From assembly GCF_009914755.1 (NCBI RefSeq), contig NC_060948.1: a stretch of DNA of 64,000 bases. The stretch is one strand, 5' to 3'. The stretch's first letter is position 1; the number at the start of each line of letters is the position of its first letter. This document shows positions 58,577 to 64,000 of this stretch, piece after piece. Source of the DNA: the human T2T-CHM13v2.0 reference genome, Homo sapiens. Under the pieces are notes generated by a model. It ran no database searches. It had not been told where the DNA came from and saw only the letters and a program-made list of their open reading frames with translations. Both the position numbers and the translations under genes were made by a program.

Positions 58577-60681
58577 AGATCCATATTTTGTAAATGAAAA
58601 AAAATTTCAAAGGTACTCTGCTTGGTACAATAATCAAATGTATAAACTGAGGAATAAAACATAAACATGAAACCTACTTATAACTGCATATGGAAAATAC
58701 AGAGGATAATTTTTTAAATAACATATTTTGAAAGCCTTAACTAGTAATTTGAAGAGTTGGCATTTGAAAGGCCAGTATGAATATACCTTCAAAGCAGCAA
58801 CACAGGTTCCCCATGAGAAAAAGCAAACTCAGGGAAAATAAAACCACAAAGGTTCAATCTCTTCTGACCTTTGAAAGACACAGCACAGACAGTGGTCCTT
58901 AGGACGAAGAGCAGGAGACCCCTAATTCCGTCACCATGGCGATAGGGCATAAACACTGCTGGGTGAGGGCACAATCCACATTGTGAGGTCCAACTGCTGC
59001 CAGGAAGACAGGAGTGCTTTTACATAGACCGAAAGGTCATTGAAGGCTCAGAGTTTTGTTTCAAGAACTGAATCCCAAGCCCACACGTTATTAGGCTGCG
59101 CTTCTTAAAACAAGTTATGAGATGGGAAAAAGGGCACTAACAAACATACGTATACATTATGTATATAATAATATACAGTATCATATATATAATATATATA
59201 ACCTATGTATAATATTGTTTTACATCCTGCATCTTATATTATATATATTGTGTAAAATATAATAATTGATAATATATAAGTTTTATATTTATACAATATG
59301 ACATATAGTATATATTATAATTTTTGACATATATAATATATGTTATATATCATATATAGAATATATTATACGGTTAATATACGTATTAAATATAAATTAT
59401 ACATTATATATATTATATATAATATATCTGCTATATATAATACCCATTATGCATAATATATATATTATGTCTATGTTATGTATAGTATAAAACAACATAT
59501 AATAATATATAATTGTATATATAAAATGCGACATATAATATATATTATATTTTATGACATCTGTAATATATATTATATATTATATATAATACGTTGTATG
59601 TATAATAGCTATATTAAATATATATTATATGACTATGTTATTAATTACATGTCACATATGTTATATATTATATATTATACATAGAATATACCGGTTATAT
59701 ACAATATATACTATGTTACCTATAATGTATAATTTATTACATGTAAAATAAAGAATGCAATATATTATGTGTAATTTATAATATACAATATGTGGAATGT
59801 GATATATATAACATATAATATATGATATATGATATACAGTATATGATATATAACATACAATATATGATACCTAATATATATGGTATACAATATATATTTT
59901 ATGATATGTATTCTAAATGTTTTATATTCTGTTATATATAACTGTTTGAAATTATATATAACTGTATAATATTTTATGTAAATATGTAATATAATATATA
60001 TAACTATATAATATATTATATATAACTATATATTATGTTATATATACTTTTATAACTTTATTTACATAAAATATCATAGTATAATATATATTATATTACT
60101 TCATATTACATAATATATATTACATATCACCCAATATAAGTAACATACATAATATTATAATATAGATTATATTATGTTATATTAAATATCATATATATCA
60201 TGTATCATATATTCTATAATATGTATTATACATTATATAATATGCATGTTGTCTATTATGTGATATATATAACTATATATATAATTATATGATTATACAT
60301 ATATCTAGATAAACATGTAATTCTACATGTTTTCATTTATAATATATAGAATTACATAATCATATATAATTATTTATATTCTATAAAAAATTATATCATT
60401 ATATAAATTATAATATATAAAAATTCTAATATGTACTACAAATATATATATTATATATCATATATGATATAGTACCTTTGTTATATATCATAATACATAT
60501 AAATGTGTATTATGTTATCTATAATTATATAATTTCATATATAAGATGTATAATATTTATTATATATTATAAATGTTATGTAATATATATAGTATATATA
60601 AGATGACACAGGATAAATATTATATACTATGACATATAAAATATATGAGGTTATATGTTACATATAAGGCATAGCACATAA

Positions 60682-60996
<315 letters not shown>

Positions 60997-63101
60997 AGAT
61001 CCATATTTTGTAAATGAAAAAAAATTTCAAAGGTACTCTGCTTGGTACAATAATCAAATGTATAAACTGAGGAATAAAACATAAACATGAAACCTACTTA
61101 TAACTGCATATGGAAAATACAGAGGATAATTTTTTAAATAACATATTTTGAAAGCCTTAACTAGTAATTTGAAGAGTTGGCATTTGAAAGGCCAGTATGA
61201 ATATACCTTCAAAGCAGCAACACAGGTTCCCCATGAGAAAAAGCAAACTCAGGGAAAATAAAACCACAAAGGTTCAATCTCTTCTGACCTTTGAAAGACA
61301 CAGCACAGACAGTGGTCCTTAGGACGAAGAGCAGGAGACCCCTAATTCCGTCACCATGGCGATAGGGCATAAACACTGCTGGGTGAGGGCACAATCCACA
61401 TTGTGAGGTCCAACTGCTGCCAGGAAGACAGGAGTGCTTTTACATAGACCGAAAGGTCATTGAAGGCTCAGAGTTTTGTTTCAAGAACTGAATCCCAAGC
61501 CCACACGTTATTAGGCTGCGCTTCTTAAAACAAGTTATGAGATGGGAAAAAGGGCACTAACAAACATACGTATACATTATGTATATAATAATATACAGTA
61601 TCATATATATAATATATATAACCTATGTATAATATTGTTTTACATCCTGCATCTTATATTATATATATTGTGTAAAATATAATAATTGATAATATATAAG
61701 TTTTATATTTATACAATATGACATATAGTATATATTATAATTTATGACATATATAATATATGTTATATATCATATATAGAATATATTATACGGTTAATAT
61801 ACGTATTAAATATAAATTATACATTATATATATTATATATAATATATCTGCTATATATAATACCCATTATGCATAATATATATATTATGTCTATGTTATG
61901 TATAGTATAAAACAACATATAATAATATATAATTGTATATATAAAATGCGACATATAATATATATTATATTTTATGACATCTGTAATATATATTATATAT
62001 TATATATAATACGTTGTATGTATAATAGCTATATTAAATATATATTATATGACTATGTTATTAATTACATGTCACATATGTTATATATTATATATTATAC
62101 ATAGAATATACCGGTTATATACAATATATACTATGTTACCTATAATGTATAATTTATTACATGTAAAATAAAGAATGCAATATATTATGTGTAATTTATA
62201 ATATACAATATGTGGAATGTGATATATATAACATATAATATATGATATATGATATACAGTATATGATATATAACATACAATATATGATACCTAATATATA
62301 TGGTATACAATATATATTTTATGATATGTATTCTAAATGTTTTATATTCTGTTATATATAACTGTTTGAAATTATATATAACTGTATAATATTTTATGTA
62401 AATATGTAATATAATATATATAACTATATAATATATTATATATAACTATATATTATGTTATATATACTTTTATAACTTTATTTACATAAAATATCATAGT
62501 ATAATATATATTATATTACTTCATATTACATAATATATATTACATATCACCCAATATAAGTAACATACATAATATTATAATATAGATTATATTATGTTAT
62601 ATTAAATATCATATATATCATGTATCATATATTCTATAATATGTATTATACATTATATAATATGCATGTTGTCTATTATGTGATATATATAACTATATAT
62701 ATAATTATATGATTATACATATATCTAGATAAACATGTAATTCTACATATTTTCATTTATAATATATAGAATTACATAATCATATATAATTATTTATAGT
62801 CTATAAAAAATTATATCATTATATAAATTATAATATATAAAAATTATAATATGTACTACAAATATATATATTATATATCATATATGATATAGTACCTTTG
62901 TTATATATCATAATACATATAAATGTGTATTATGTTATCTATAATTATATAATTTCATATATAAGATGTATAATATTTATTATATATTATATATGTTATG
63001 AAATATATATAGTATATATAAGATGACACAGGATAAATATTATATACTATGACATATAAGATATATGAGGTTATATGTTACATATAAGGCATAGCACATA
63101 A

Positions 63102-63416
<315 letters not shown>

Positions 63417-64000
63417 AGATCCATATTTTTTAAATGAAAAAAAATTTCAAAGGTACTCTGCTTGGTACAATAATCAAATGTATAAACTGAGGAATAAAAC
63501 ATAACCATGAAACCTACTTATAACTGCATATGGAAAATACAGAGGATAATTTTTTAAATAATATATTTTGAAAGCCTTAACTAGTAATTTGAAGAGTTGG
63601 CATTTGAAAGGCCAGTATGAATATACCTTCAAAGCAGCAACACAGGTTCCCCATGAGAAAAAGCAAACTCAGGGAAAATAAAACCACAAAGGTTCAATCT
63701 CTTCTGACCTTTGAAAGACACAGCACAGACAGTGGTCCTTAGGACGAAGAGCAGGAGACCCCTAATTCCGTCACCATGGCGATAGGGCATAAAAACTGCT
63801 GGGTGAGGGCACAATCCACATTGTGAGGTCCAACTGCTGCCAGGAAGACAGGAGTGCTTTTACATAGACCGAAAGGTCATTGAAGGCTCAGAGTTTTGTT
63901 TCAAGAACTGAATCCCAAGCCCACACGTTATTAGGCTGCGCTTCTTAAAACAAGTTATGAGATGGGAAAAAGGGCACCCACAAACATACGTATACATTAT

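Overview
The whole 64 kb window is one uninterrupted head-to-tail tandem array of a ~2.42 kb unit: about 26.5 units, 27 copies of the GC-richer core, spacing 2413-2420 bp, all in the same orientation. Each unit has three parts: a ~290 bp diverged, 5'-truncated Alu on the minus strand, a ~575 bp mixed-sequence block (HSATI-like), and a ~1.55 kb extremely AT-rich low-complexity block. This architecture and the predicted ~2.14 kb HaeIII fragment match the human DYZ2/HSat1B satellite, best known from Yq12 heterochromatin, with related copies on acrocentric short arms. I see no credible protein-coding gene, RNA gene, CRISPR array or novel gene system; the ORF track is an artefact of the repeat. What is worth following up is the variant structure, read by eye (units U1-U27 are numbered by core position). 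It shows an A/B dimer at the start, an island of divergent monomers at ~25-34 kb, an ordered X-Y-Z cassette repeated three times with variable internal copy number, chimeric monomers and short conversion-like tracts. There is also a speculative Pol III promoter/terminator layout in the embedded Alu.
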